Positions 8,101 to 19,800 of a stretch of 64,000 bases of DNA are shown piece after piece. The notes beneath the pieces were generated by a model. The model was not told where the DNA came from. It did no database searches and saw only the letters and a list, made by a program, of their open reading frames with translations. Location: positions 37,155-101,154 of IMG/VR virus record IMGVR_UViG_3300020477_001611; one strand, 5' to 3'. The position numbers were made by a program, and so were the translations under genes. Position 1 is the first letter of the stretch, and each line of letters begins with the position of its first letter. The stretch comes from a virus.

Positions 8101-11085
8101 TTACTCAAGCCATTCACCAGCTTGTCCGTTATTCAAAACTTCTTCTACGTTTGAAATATCTTTTAAAGTTTCATATAGATCCGACCACTCTGGATCATCT
8201 TTGAACTTCTTCAATAATGTAAATAGGTTCTCGCATTCATTTTTGTTGGTCGCCTTGTTGGCCAATTCTGTTAGCACGCCAGCCACCATGGCCAAAACTA
8301 AATTTCCAGACGACATCATCACTTTTTGCCAGCCGGCGACGCTGCACTTGCCAGTTTTGGGATAAAACTTTTCAACGGCTGCAGCCAGAGGGTCTTCCCA
8401 CGAAACCAAAACATCGTCAGGGGTGGCACTAAGAACCCCTATAGCCGGGTCGTGTTTGTCCTTTCTATACAAAATATTAAAATCAACCTTGCGACCAGTT
8501 TTGTTAGAAGTAATTCTCATTTTAAACTGTGGCTGTGTTACATCAATATCCGAAAAAACCGAAGGGGCTAAATAGCCCAAATCTGGAATTTTTTGCTTTA
8601 TGTTGGGCGCAGACTGTAAAAGGGCCGGTTCTAATCTCACCTTTTGAGTGAAAGTTTTTTCCGTCTTTCTCTCCGGTGGCGTATCTTGGCCTATCTCCAC
8701 AATATCCACCAATGGATATACAGTCCCCCCTTCATCAAAAATTTTCACTGAATAAACCTGTGAAGGATATGAAACTAAGCCGATATTGCCCACCGCCCTA
8801 AACAAAAAATAATGTTGCACATTTGGTTCGATGTCCAAAATGGTGTGGCTCCCTTCCTTGATTATATTAACCTCTTTCTTTAATGTTTCAAAATCCTTCA
8901 CCGACGTGGGAGGAACATCACCACTAAGCTGATAAACGCGGACGCTTTGCCATGGCTGGTCCTGAAACGGGACTGTGGTGTCCCCCACTGCTTTTTCGGG
9001 ATTTTGAGTTTTATAAAAATCCTGAGCCTTTTGCCAGCCGGCCTCCCAATTTTCTTTTTTAATCTCTTTTAGAATAACTCCCTCGTCACCGCCAACCGAA
9101 ACATGTTTAAAATTAAATAAAATTTTATTATTTATTCCCCTGAAAGGGTAAAACTCAACCCACGCTGGGACTGGCGGGTATTTGAAATTAGATATAGATT
9201 TTGTCTGACTAGGTTTAATAGTCCCCACTTCGCGAACTTCCCAAGCTATTTTCTCATTGTAATCAAAAGAATACATCAAACCTGTAGAAGTGTCAGTCGC
9301 TTCTGTACTTAAAACGTAAGAAGAGTAGACTACCGGCATTAAAATTAATGAAGTCACAGCATACTCATAGATAGAATCATAAAAAAGCTGTGAATCGTAT
9401 AGGGCTATAAGCTCCTTGTCAGACGTGGCATCTTGAGTGTCAATCATGAACGATTGAATTGGAGATGTCTGAACGCTATTATATTTTGCCACCCTGTTTC
9501 CTATTGTAATAATTTTATGTTGTGACTGCAGAGATGCAGGAAGATCTTTCTCCCAAGAATTTGGTGTATCCAACAATTGAGCCGAGCCGTGAAAAAGGCT
9601 CATAAGCGGAAACGCGGCTGGTGCTGACACAACTTTATATTCCTTATCTACCAACATATCAGGGTAGGTGGACATCTTAGTATAGGGCGCTGCGACGCCT
9701 ATATTTTTTAAATATTGGGCTGAAACGGCAGACCACGTATTGGCATCTGTCCAATCCCTGTCTTTTGACAGCGGCATAAAATTCGTTGAGTAACTAGCTA
9801 AATGACTTTTTACAATATTGAGGGTAGGTGGATTTAAACGCTCATCAGCGCCGGGTGTAAAAACTTGGTTATTTTCGTTCAAAAATTGTAAATAGCCTAA
9901 AATCCAATAAGCATAAGATCCTTGAGGGAGCTTATGCTTCAATTTCAATCGCAAGTCGGGAGGCACCAAGTCTTTCAAGGTTATTTGTAGTCTCTTGTAA
10001 AAAGGAATATTGTGAGATGCTCCGTTTATGGTCGTAACACTTTTTTTGGCCGTGTCGATATCCAACAAAACATGAGATGCTTGCGGCCATGACATTAACT
10101 CAGAAGTATAAGATAACACATTTGCTACATCGATAGTGTTACCATCAGGTGTCGTTGTGGGGGGCGCCTTGTCGACCACATCTTCATATGCAAAAGCCAG
10201 AGATGTCTCTTTCTTAACCCCCTCCTCTGTGCTAGGCTTTAAGAGCCGGCCGAAGTCATCAATATAATTTTCCACCGTTGTTAGGCCCACGGGCATTGCT
10301 GCCTGATCTGGATTGGTTTTTGGACTATAATAGTATGACCGCCGCGTTTGGCCAATTTTCTTTTCAATTTTTAACTCATATAGTTTTTTCATCAAGTCAT
10401 CTAATAAAAGACGACGAGCTTCTGGAGTGGCAGCATAAGGGGGTATGGATTTTTGTAGCATGTCTACATAACTGGAGCCTCCCCACAGACTATAATTCCA
10501 CCCCTTTTTACCTTTAGGCAAGTACATATGTAGCAAGAGAATTAAAGCCACCAGTGCATTAGAGTGCGCCTCAATAGTAATTTTAAGCTTACGCGTCTCG
10601 TAAGGCATCTGGCCCGGAGGCCTCACCTCATTAACAATGTATTCCAAAGGGCCGCCCTTTCCAACATGCTGCTGGAGTTGTTGGTTGACTAATAAATAAA
10701 GCCAATCCTTCTGAGTGAAATTGGCATTAATAAACGGGCCACTGGTCATGCCAAAAGCTGGGCATTTACCATCCGAATTGGGCATACACATATAATCAAT
10801 AAAACCCTCAATGCTCCATGTTGATTTCACATTCTTAAAATAGGAAGAGGCCATTTGTGATAAATAAGATTTATAATTATACTGAGTGAGGGCATCCGAG
10901 ATGGTGGGGGAAAACATGATCTTGTCTGGGTGCCATGGATTCTTAAACCACACGCGGTTGAGTATATAAGCTAGCGGATCTCCTATCGGATAGGATGCGT
11001 TCATCGTAGTCTCATACAAATCCTCTCCCAAGGACTGAGCGTAAGAGCCGGCACTAATCTTTAAGCTTTTCTTTTTTTCCACCAT
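8101..11085 (-). CDS. Hypothetical protein, probably structural (994 aa)
   Basis: Long ORF within the structural module; no family recognised. Confidence 0.55.
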   Translation of the reverse strand: MVEKKKSLKISAGSYAQSLGEDLYETTMNASYPIGDPLAYILNRVWFKNPWHPDKIMFSPTISDALTQYNYKSYLSQMASSYFKNVKSTWSIEGFIDYMCMPNSDGKCPAFGMTSGPFINANFTQKDWLYLLVNQQLQQHVGKGGPLEYIVNEVRPPGQMPYETRKLKITIEAHSNALVALILLLHMYLPKGKKGWNYSLWGGSSYVDMLQKSIPPYAATPEARRLLLDDLMKKLYELKIEKKIGQTRRSYYYSPKTNPDQAAMPVGLTTVENYIDDFGRLLKPSTEEGVKKETSLAFAYEDVVDKAPPTTTPDGNTIDVANVLSYTSELMSWPQASHVLLDIDTAKKSVTTINGASHNIPFYKRLQITLKDLVPPDLRLKLKHKLPQGSYAYWILGYLQFLNENNQVFTPGADERLNPPTLNIVKSHLASYSTNFMPLSKDRDWTDANTWSAVSAQYLKNIGVAAPYTKMSTYPDMLVDKEYKVVSAPAAFPLMSLFHGSAQLLDTPNSWEKDLPASLQSQHKIITIGNRVAKYNSVQTSPIQSFMIDTQDATSDKELIALYDSQLFYDSIYEYAVTSLILMPVVYSSYVLSTEATDTSTGLMYSFDYNEKIAWEVREVGTIKPSQTKSISNFKYPPVPAWVEFYPFRGINNKILFNFKHVSVGGDEGVILKEIKKENWEAGWQKAQDFYKTQNPEKAVGDTTVPFQDQPWQSVRVYQLSGDVPPTSVKDFETLKKEVNIIKEGSHTILDIEPNVQHYFLFRAVGNIGLVSYPSQVYSVKIFDEGGTVYPLVDIVEIGQDTPPERKTEKTFTQKVRLEPALLQSAPNIKQKIPDLGYLAPSVFSDIDVTQPQFKMRITSNKTGRKVDFNILYRKDKHDPAIGVLSATPDDVLVSWEDPLAAAVEKFYPKTGKCSVAGWQKVMMSSGNLVLAMVAGVLTELANKATNKNECENLFTLLKKFKDDPEWSDLYETLKDISNVEEVLNNGQAGEWLE

Positions 11086-11088
11086 TGT

Positions 11089-12894
11089 CTAAAAGCCCCC
11101 CTCGCCGATCAGATAAAAAATTCCATTATAATATTCAGAATGTCCTTTGACCCTGCAAAGAATTGCCTGCTGGCCAGTCAATTGATCAACAACCGAACTA
11201 CCCAAATCTTTCCACACAAAACCAGCCACCGTGTCCTTTAAGAAATCTAAATACTCAAATTCATATTTTTGCTCAGAAACTGTTGTCAGTGTAGTAAACT
11301 TTGGCAGCGAAGTAATCGATGTCAACGCTTCTTGAATCTCGTCTGATTCTCCACAATTAATATCTAAATTTTTATCATTTCTAAGCTTATCAGCTGCTAA
11401 TATTTCTTTTATATTTATAACTTTAAAAGAAGGTATTAATTGAAGAGTCGATGTTAGATCAAATGACTTGACATTTAGTTTTGCCAATGTATCTTTCCCC
11501 TCGGTGGCACCCTGAAAAGTTGAGCCCGCCGAAGCCTTTAAGTTATAATTTGCCACAGTAGACAAAGGTAAATTTAAATTTATATTACTCTGTATCCTCA
11601 CCCGCTGTAAAAAAGAAAAATCATAAAAAGTTAATGGTGTTTTAGGGTAAGTAAATTTAGGATATGTAATAGCGGTCGATGGTTTGTTGTTTTTAACAAT
11701 TTTAGTTTTATCAGAATCCAACTTAGATGTAATCTCTCCAATAAAATCAAAAAGTATTTTTTGATATTCCAAATCAGAAACCGCCACGCTCTCATTAACC
11801 AGTGCATCAAACTCCATTGGTATTGGCTCCTTAGTATAAAAAGCACTAACAGTTGCAGAAATAAAACCTTTATCCTGTTTGTTGTCTTCTATTTGAGTAA
11901 TATAGTTGCGTGCAGTCTTTTTAGTTCGATCATCAAAAAGCATTCTCAATTCCAAATCGTATTCAGTAACCCGGCTCACGTCTCTAATAGAAAAATCAAA
12001 GAACAGTTTCCCTGAAGAATTGCCCACCTTAAGATCCTTAGCAACATTACAATCGGCCACCACAGTTGATACCACCACTTGATTGTCTGGTCTTTTTAAT
12101 TTCTTTAAATAAACTTGGCTCTTTAAAACAAAGGCGCTCCAATCAGGAATAGCCGAAGCCAAACTTGGAAATGCAGCGTAAACACTTAAAAACTTTTCCA
12201 TGTCAAAAGCAAAAACCCCAAGCATCTCGTCTGTGGGTGACGCAGTATAATAAATGTTGGAAAGGTATTTTTCCTCAAAAAGCTTTAATTTTGCTTGAGC
12301 TTGCGAGAATAAAGGCGATGTAAAATCTAAAATAGAAAAATTAACTGGTATTTGTGGGAGGCTTTTTATGTTGGCGTTCCCCTTGTCAAAGAGCTTAGTT
12401 TGGTAGACTATCCCTTCTTTGGTGTTTTCATCAAATAAAGAAACAAAAATCTTAAAGTTCTGATAATCACGATTAATATTTAAACTTATCCGCTTTGTCA
12501 TTATTTCGTCTAAAGTGCAAGCCATCTGAGGTATCACAAGCGTCCCCAGTTTTTGATCTTCCGTTCTATTGCTTGTAAAAAAAATAGACTCAATAACGGA
12601 GCGTGAAGCTTCACTGCTACTAAAATTAAAATCATTCAAATAGCTCAATAAATTTTGATCAGCAAAAATTATATTTGCATTCGGAAAATTAAAGTCATCT
12701 TCACGCTCAACATAATTCAATGAAAATGTAGCCACGTCGCCACTTATAACCGGAGTTGTAACTTCAATTTGAAAATCGCCCTCCACAACAGATGATAGCT
12801 CGGGTGGCCACACAAACAATAAATCATTATCATAATTTAATTCTTCTGTGGTAGCCCCTTGTACGGCGCTCATGAGACTATAAAGGCTAGCCAT
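11089..12894 (-). CDS. Hypothetical protein, probably structural (601 aa)
   Basis: Long ORF tightly packed between neighbours. Confidence 0.55.
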   Translation of the reverse strand: MASLYSLMSAVQGATTEELNYDNDLLFVWPPELSSVVEGDFQIEVTTPVISGDVATFSLNYVEREDDFNFPNANIIFADQNLLSYLNDFNFSSSEASRSVIESIFFTSNRTEDQKLGTLVIPQMACTLDEIMTKRISLNINRDYQNFKIFVSLFDENTKEGIVYQTKLFDKGNANIKSLPQIPVNFSILDFTSPLFSQAQAKLKLFEEKYLSNIYYTASPTDEMLGVFAFDMEKFLSVYAAFPSLASAIPDWSAFVLKSQVYLKKLKRPDNQVVVSTVVADCNVAKDLKVGNSSGKLFFDFSIRDVSRVTEYDLELRMLFDDRTKKTARNYITQIEDNKQDKGFISATVSAFYTKEPIPMEFDALVNESVAVSDLEYQKILFDFIGEITSKLDSDKTKIVKNNKPSTAITYPKFTYPKTPLTFYDFSFLQRVRIQSNINLNLPLSTVANYNLKASAGSTFQGATEGKDTLAKLNVKSFDLTSTLQLIPSFKVINIKEILAADKLRNDKNLDINCGESDEIQEALTSITSLPKFTTLTTVSEQKYEFEYLDFLKDTVAGFVWKDLGSSVVDQLTGQQAILCRVKGHSEYYNGIFYLIGEGGF

Positions 12895-12896
12895 TT

Positions 12897-13784
12897 TTAC
12901 CCTCCGCTCCCCGGCTCAACACACTCATCTTCTGTAGTTTTTACGGTCATATCTTCATCGACAAATGTAACTTTAGTTTTGCCAACAGCTTCGTCGGTAG
13001 CAATATTAAAATACCATTCTACAGAATCTTCTGTTATGATTTCATCATTAAAATAGAGTGGCTTCATCTCTTTAAGGTTGTTCTCTTGGTCATACTCGTA
13101 CTTATAAACCTCAATTGTGAAACCGTGAGAAGACGATAATACATTTTCCTCTTGAACAAGCATCGTGAAATCATCAAATGATTTTTTTAAAAACATCACT
13201 GAATTTTCGTTGCCCTTTGGAAAAACATCTTGGGTTGTAAGATTTTTACTAGCAGCTAATTGCTTATTAAAAAACGCACTTTTTGAAGTTGAATTAGTGT
13301 CTGTTTTATCAACCCCTTCGTAAGTTCTTAACTTATAATCGCATCTTAAATCTAATTGAGGAACTTTTTCTCGGCTCCCCCCTGCTGCAGCGGCAGCTTC
13401 AGGAAGATCATAACTAATCTGCGTCGAGCCAGTAACTAATTGGCCTGCGAGCATTTTAATAGACCATGCTGGTTTATAACTATCAAAGATACTAAATGTT
13501 CCCAAGCTTGGATATTGATTTGCCAAGGGTTTTCTCTTTTCTTTAAAATTAATGGCTTTCTGAAACCCGGACTGGGCTTTTATATATGGCCCCTGTTTGA
13601 TTCTATCAGAAGCTTCATTTTGTTCTTCGGTGTCGGTTCGGTTGGCCCAAGCAATGTCATAAAGAACACCCTCATCAAAAAACTCATAATAAGCAGGCTT
13701 CAACTCGCCCCTTGACAACTTTTCCCTGCCAACTCGCGTAAGTCGAAAATCAATCACCTCTTCTTTTCTATCAAAAAACGTCAT
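12897..13784 (-). CDS. Probable virion structural protein; N-terminus related to 7082..8047
   Basis: IDFRLTRVGREKLSRG...FFDE parallels LDAVLTDVGRKMLARA...LGDD. Confidence 0.55.
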   Translation of the reverse strand: MTFFDRKEEVIDFRLTRVGREKLSRGELKPAYYEFFDEGVLYDIAWANRTDTEEQNEASDRIKQGPYIKAQSGFQKAINFKEKRKPLANQYPSLGTFSIFDSYKPAWSIKMLAGQLVTGSTQISYDLPEAAAAAGGSREKVPQLDLRCDYKLRTYEGVDKTDTNSTSKSAFFNKQLAASKNLTTQDVFPKGNENSVMFLKKSFDDFTMLVQEENVLSSSHGFTIEVYKYEYDQENNLKEMKPLYFNDEIITEDSVEWYFNIATDEAVGKTKVTFVDEDMTVKTTEDECVEPGSGG

Positions 13785-13802
13785 TTAATAAACTCTTTCT
13801 TA

Positions 13803-13810
13803 TAATTAGC
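13803..13810 (-). promoter_or_regulatory. Candidate late promoter motif GCTAATTA
   Basis: Overlaps the stop of the giant protein, about 19 nt upstream of the 13784 start. Confidence 0.35.
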
Positions 13811-16800
13811 CATAATATGCTTTTTCCCACGATACATGATCTTTACATGGCATCCAATATTGACCCATAGCATGTACCTGCCCTTGACAGCCTTCGTTGG
13901 TGTAGCTCTCAGATGTTGCTATTGCAGCGTTTCGATCTTCATAAAGCTCTTCTGGCGGGATGCTGGCTAGTGGATCCTCTTCTTCCTCTGCCGGCTCCTC
14001 TTCTTCGTAAACACAACTGCCATCATCAACTGTTGCCTTTTCATTATAGTTGTTGGCGTTAGAATCCGTGCACCCATAGATGATTTCATCCTCAATGCCA
14101 GCCTCAAATGGGTCTTCCTCTTCGAAAGCGCCGAGGTCGGACAGGTCACCAGTAAAAAGCTCATCAGATCTTGAAGGAGGCATCTCATCTGCGCTATCCT
14201 CTAACACGCACTTGCAATTTTTACACACATAGCCGCCATCAGTATCGCACGTTCCAAGGGCTCCGTCACTGCTGCACTCCGCGTCGGGATTAGGCTCACA
14301 AGAAACCGTCACGTCGCTAGATAAGGCGCTCATGGTGGTCTTGCAGGTGTGACACTCTGGGCAGTCATCATCGTTCTTGCAAACCGGCTCTTCTTCTTCC
14401 CGTGGCGGCACATATGGTAGCCCGCACTTAATAACCAATTCTTCAAAAGATTGTCCCTGTTCTGGCGACAACTCTATCCCCAGTGATAAAAGCTCTTGTA
14501 AACGAGCCAACTCTTGCAGTTCGGGTGATGAACAAATTGCTTGTGTTGGCGCAGCGGTGTTTGTTGGCGCTGAGATGGTAAGTGGTTCGCCAAGGGCTGC
14601 TCTTTTCGCAATGACCTCTTCAGGTCTAATATAGCCACCACCACGAATATCTTTTATTCTATTGGGTGCATCGTTTCTGACCTCAAAACCGACTTCCATC
14701 TTACCTAGCTCGATCAACGAGAAATAATCATAGGGCCAATTATAGGAAAAGCGCTGGGCGATTGGATAACGATAAGCGGGCACCCCAGTCAATGCTGCTT
14801 GTGTAACATAATAATCGTATTCGGCTCGCTTTTTAATTTTGAAAATACGCCATCTTATATCTTTAGGTATCTTTTTGTCCCTAAATCCATTATATTGAAA
14901 AATTGTTGGTGATAACAATTCGCCATCCACCAATGGATGTTCTATAATAACAGTCTCAGTTTCGGGGGTAACAGCTTGGGAGGGCATCACCCCCTGCCAC
15001 CATTTTGATAGATCTGCCTGTGTTAGTGTAGAAGTAAACTCGCTAATATACATTGAAAATGGTGGATTAACATTGCCATATTCCTCCTTTGTAGTTGGCA
15101 CCCTTTTGGCCTGATCTCGTTTCCAGACGAAATCATAAATAGGGGGCACCACATACTTATCCATTTTCTTAATCATATCTGCAACCGAATTAGTCGTTAG
15201 GCGGTCCTGCCTTACATCGGCATAGCTTTTTTCAAAAATGTTAAATGGAATTTCAAAGTATGTTTCTTCACCAGTTTCACAATCTACATAAAAAGGTATG
15301 GCACATATTGCTTCTTCCACAATTTGTTCAGCCTTAAATCGCCCAATGGGCTCAGGTCGACTTGCAAAACCACAGGCTTCCACCAATGACCCTGTTAGTT
15401 CGCGGTTAATTGCATCTGGATATACGGAGTTTCCGCTCCACGAGGCCTTGCTCAGTTTCATGTTGAGGCGCGTGGCAGTGCCCGAAAGTTCTGTAGCTGC
15501 AACATCTGAAAACTGATGCCACATTCCCCTAGTACCGCACACGGTGCCCGCCGTGCCGATCGAGTGGGGATTTGGCTCGGCCGTTGGTGCGACTGGGTTG
15601 GCTGTGCTAGCATCACCATCTTTAAAGAAGTTTAATACAGGCGCCTCCCACTTTGTTCGTATTGTCCACCTCTTATCTGCATCAAGCTCAAACATGTCAA
15701 TACTTGCTGACAAAGCCATGAAGCTGGCCGACGAGGGTACCATGGAATTGCTGTTAATGGCAGTGGCACACGCATTATTTCCAGCGCCATTTAGCTCAGT
15801 CCAACTGTTTGAATTTCGTATGGTTGAATTGGCAATGATATCCGAAAATGAAAAAGAAGATTGGCCGACCTTTCCGCTACTTGGCAGTAAATTGGTGGGA
15901 TCGAACTCTAATGTCGCTCTTGTGTAGGCGGGGGCGGAATAATGGAACGAGGAGCCGCCGAAGACATCGCCAATGCAGGCGGCGGGGGCGCCGCAGCCAT
16001 AACAGTTGTTGGCGGCAACAAAATCAAAATACGCCGCTTGTCCCTCATATGCCATAAACATCACCCCGGGTGGGGCATGATGAATATAGGGATATGGTCC
16101 AAAAGCTGCGGGGTTTGAATATTGTACAAAAGAGACTGGCTTTGTTATTATAACGTCCATTGCAAACTTTTTGACGCCGGCGCTTGAACTCAATGGCCCT
16201 TCAAAGGTCCATGATGATTCTGGCGCAGATTTAAAAGTTGTTAGGCCATCTAGGAAAAAATTGGGCACTTCTGCAAAAAAATTATGAGCAGCGTACTGGT
16301 AAAGTCCATCTGTTTTATTGACGGCACCGGTGGTGTCTTGCACTATCGGCATCGGACTATGGGCCGAATAATAGCTGCCGCTACTGGGGCATATTTGAAA
16401 AATGTTGCCCACATATTCATGAGGGGCCAATATTGCATCAAAGGGTGCGCGTGATTCAAATTCTTGATCAATGCTTGCAGATGCGCGGCCGGCGATAGTC
16501 GATTTATAAGGGAAATCACAAGCAAGGCCGGCCTTGATGGAGTTATAGCCAATCCCGGGGGCCCAAAATGGCATTAAAGAAGTCTCATAAGTGGGAGAGT
16601 TTCCAAGCGGAATGCTGGACGGCGTATTTCCGGGCCCTTGGTCGTAGTCTGAATTGGCATAAGACTGAGAGAAAATCTGCGCCAACTGAACTGTTCTTTG
16701 TTGTGGGTAGAAACCATCCTTGGGCAAAATTTGCTTTACGACATCAAACGCCAGTCTTATGGCTGTCGGCTCTCCATAATAGTCTTTCAATTCCTGTAAG

Positions 16801-19800
16801 TAAGTTAATTTACTAGTAGTCGCATATCTTTCTATAGAATCTCTCCTAGATTCTGTATCTCCCGCAGGAGCACCGACGCCGCCATGGCCAGTAAAGCCGC
16901 TACCGGTCAGGGCGTATTCATATATATTGTTAACATAATTGCCGCCATGAGAAATATGCACTTCCCTAACAAAATTAGAAATTGTAAATTCGGGCATGAG
17001 GGAATAATCTTGCCCAATTAACTTTGCATCTTTTGAAAAATCATCGTAAGAGGTAAAAAAGGCACCAGTGCCAGCCTGAGCCTGTACCACATTCTTAGCG
17101 CGGCTTGTATCTAGTGTGAATGCATATCGAGAGTTTATTTCGCCGGCGACGATGGCGCCTTGGCCAGTAGAGCCTGTATTTCTCATTATGACGCCCGATT
17201 CTTCATGATCTGCTGCGGCGCCGGTCGTAGAAACATCCATAGGCCAGCCGCTGGCCGTTATATTGGTGCCAGCGATATCAGCAAGAACATTATCTTCGCG
17301 TATTGCGAGAAGATCGCTCTTCCAAAAAGAAACGTATTGTTCTCTTTCGCGTATTAAATTGCGGAAAACATTTTCATCCTTTGGAAATAGAACCTCAGAG
17401 TATAAAATGTTCTTCCACTTGCCGCTTAATTTATAAAAATCTGAATTTTGTAAATCTCTTGTAGGAGCGTTTAAATCAAAATTCTTATTTTCTATTGCAT
17501 TCTTTTCCTTGCTGTAGTCCCGAGCGAAATAATGATATTCGTTGCCAAAAGCATATTCTATGGTGCCCGTCACATCATCGATAGCCTGAATTACCTTTTT
17601 ATGTTTAATTGTAACGGGCGATTGCACTAAATCAGTGCGACTGTCAATTAGCTTATTTCGATTATCATCAAGCACTTTTCTCACATTTTGATAAAGACTG
17701 TATTTCCTTAAATCATTTGCCGCTTTTGTTTGACGCACCCGAAGTTGTTTCCAAGTCGGCCAACCATATGGACCATTATTGTTTAACAAAAAGGTATTGG
17801 TGGAAATAGCCTGATATTGCTGTGCGTGAGTTTCTCCAAGCGTATAAATATTAAAGTACGATGAGGTGGTGGAGGCAGTTGTAAATATATTACTAGCTGT
17901 ATCAAAAGTGCCTAAAACTATAGTATTATCTCCAACAAAAGAAACTCCTTGCGTATTGCCGCCATAAGTAGCAGCCTTTGCGCCCGGGACGGGGTACCAT
18001 GAGAAGTGGCCGCCGCTGATGAACTGGATGCTAGCTGAATATTCATAGCCATAAATTGGTGAATAATCACTTGCAGTAGCATCATTCTCAAACCCGTTTC
18101 CGGTTCCATATTCAGGGCCCGAACTTGTCAAAAGGCCCGGAGCGGTTGTAAGAAGTGCCTCGTTTGGATATCCCCTCTTTTGAGCAATCCAAGAGTCTGC
18201 TATCCAACGATACTGCACATCCGACTTGGGAATGCCGTGGCCCACATAGGCGTTGTCGTATACTGTCTTGGGAGATTCCAACGATGAGGATATCTGATAG
18301 CCCACGTTTCGCTGATTCTTTTGATAAGAGCCGCTTGGGGCCAACAAGACCGAATCGTAGCCGCCACTAAGAGCGTGCCTTGTTAGCAGTGTCTGCAGCG
18401 CATTTCTCACTACCAAGTTTCTGTAAGGAAGGGCATTGTAGACAGAATACTCTGCACTTTCCACATCAAGGGCGTTTTCTGCAGAAGTTTCGGGGCCGCC
18501 GGGTGCGGAGAACCTATTAACAATAATGCTATCAGTGCTGCCCGTTAAATCGCGGCGCAAGGCTGCTCGATCATCGAAAGTTATATTGGTTACAGTTTCT
18601 ATTGCGTCGTTAGTAACGCCGCTGCCGGTGGTACCCAGAGAGAGAATATAATATCTATTATTTTCGCGGCGCCCAGATGTTTGTACGATCTCGTAATTGT
18701 AATTATAGTTATTATAATTTATTCCAATTGAATTCGAAACTTTAATGTTTGCTATGTTTACTGGGCTTTTGGCGCCTGCCGCTCTTAAAAGAGTTCCCAC
18801 TGGGCGGTCTTTATCATATTCACCGTCAACTATTCTTGGATTCCTAAGCTCAAAGCCATCTGTTGCATGGTCGGCAAAGTTTAATTGATAGCCCTCTTTG
18901 CGAACTCTGGCGTCTCCAGACGAAGAATAGTTTAAAAGATTTCCATGTCTATATTGATAGCCGCCGACCTGTTCTTCGGTGTAAGTTCCTTGCATTGGCA
19001 CTTCTTTATCAAAATGATAAGAGTCAACATGGGCGTTAACAAGGTCGGCATTATTCCCCAAAGTCGTTGCCAATATTTGTTGATAAGCCGAGGGTGTCTC
19101 GCCCGATGCACTCAAAATGGTGAATGGCAAATAAGAGTAAGGTGGAAGTTGTGTTGAATCTTCGTTTGTTGAAACTGAAATTGGGAAACGGCGCCGCCCA
19201 TTAGAAGTTTCATCGCGTGAACCAGAATAAGTATAATACGGCGTATTATTAATGTTTTTAACCGCATTCGACAGGCCGGCACGAGATAGGATGGAAATTC
19301 CATCTGTTGCCGCCCTTTCAGAAAAAGTCCCTAAATAATAATTTGGTCGCGATTCATTGTTTAAATTCACGCCTGCGTGGAGAGATCGGTATGCAGCCAT
19401 ATCAAAATTGCTATAAGGCGTTGCGCTACGAGAGTAAACCATGGCTGCATTATTTTGTAAAGCATAGCGGCTGTGGTTAGCTGGTGCACTTACATTTAAA
19501 ATACCCGTTGAATCGCGGCGGGCGCTGAAGCGCCACCAGATACGACCCTCAGATTGATTTGTGACCACTGGGTCAGTAGGTGCCCTGATCTTACTAACCG
19601 TGGGGTAATCCTCTAATCGTGGCTCCCGTTGGTTGGGGGTGAGCCCCTTAGAACGCTGCATGTCTCTGGGGAATGGAGCATTTCCTGCGAATGAATTCCT
19701 AATTGGAATTTGAAGATTGGGATCCGCTCCGCTACCATCCTTTGGTGGTGGGGGTGGACTATCATCATCAAATTCGGGATCACCGCCTCCGCTGCCGTCG

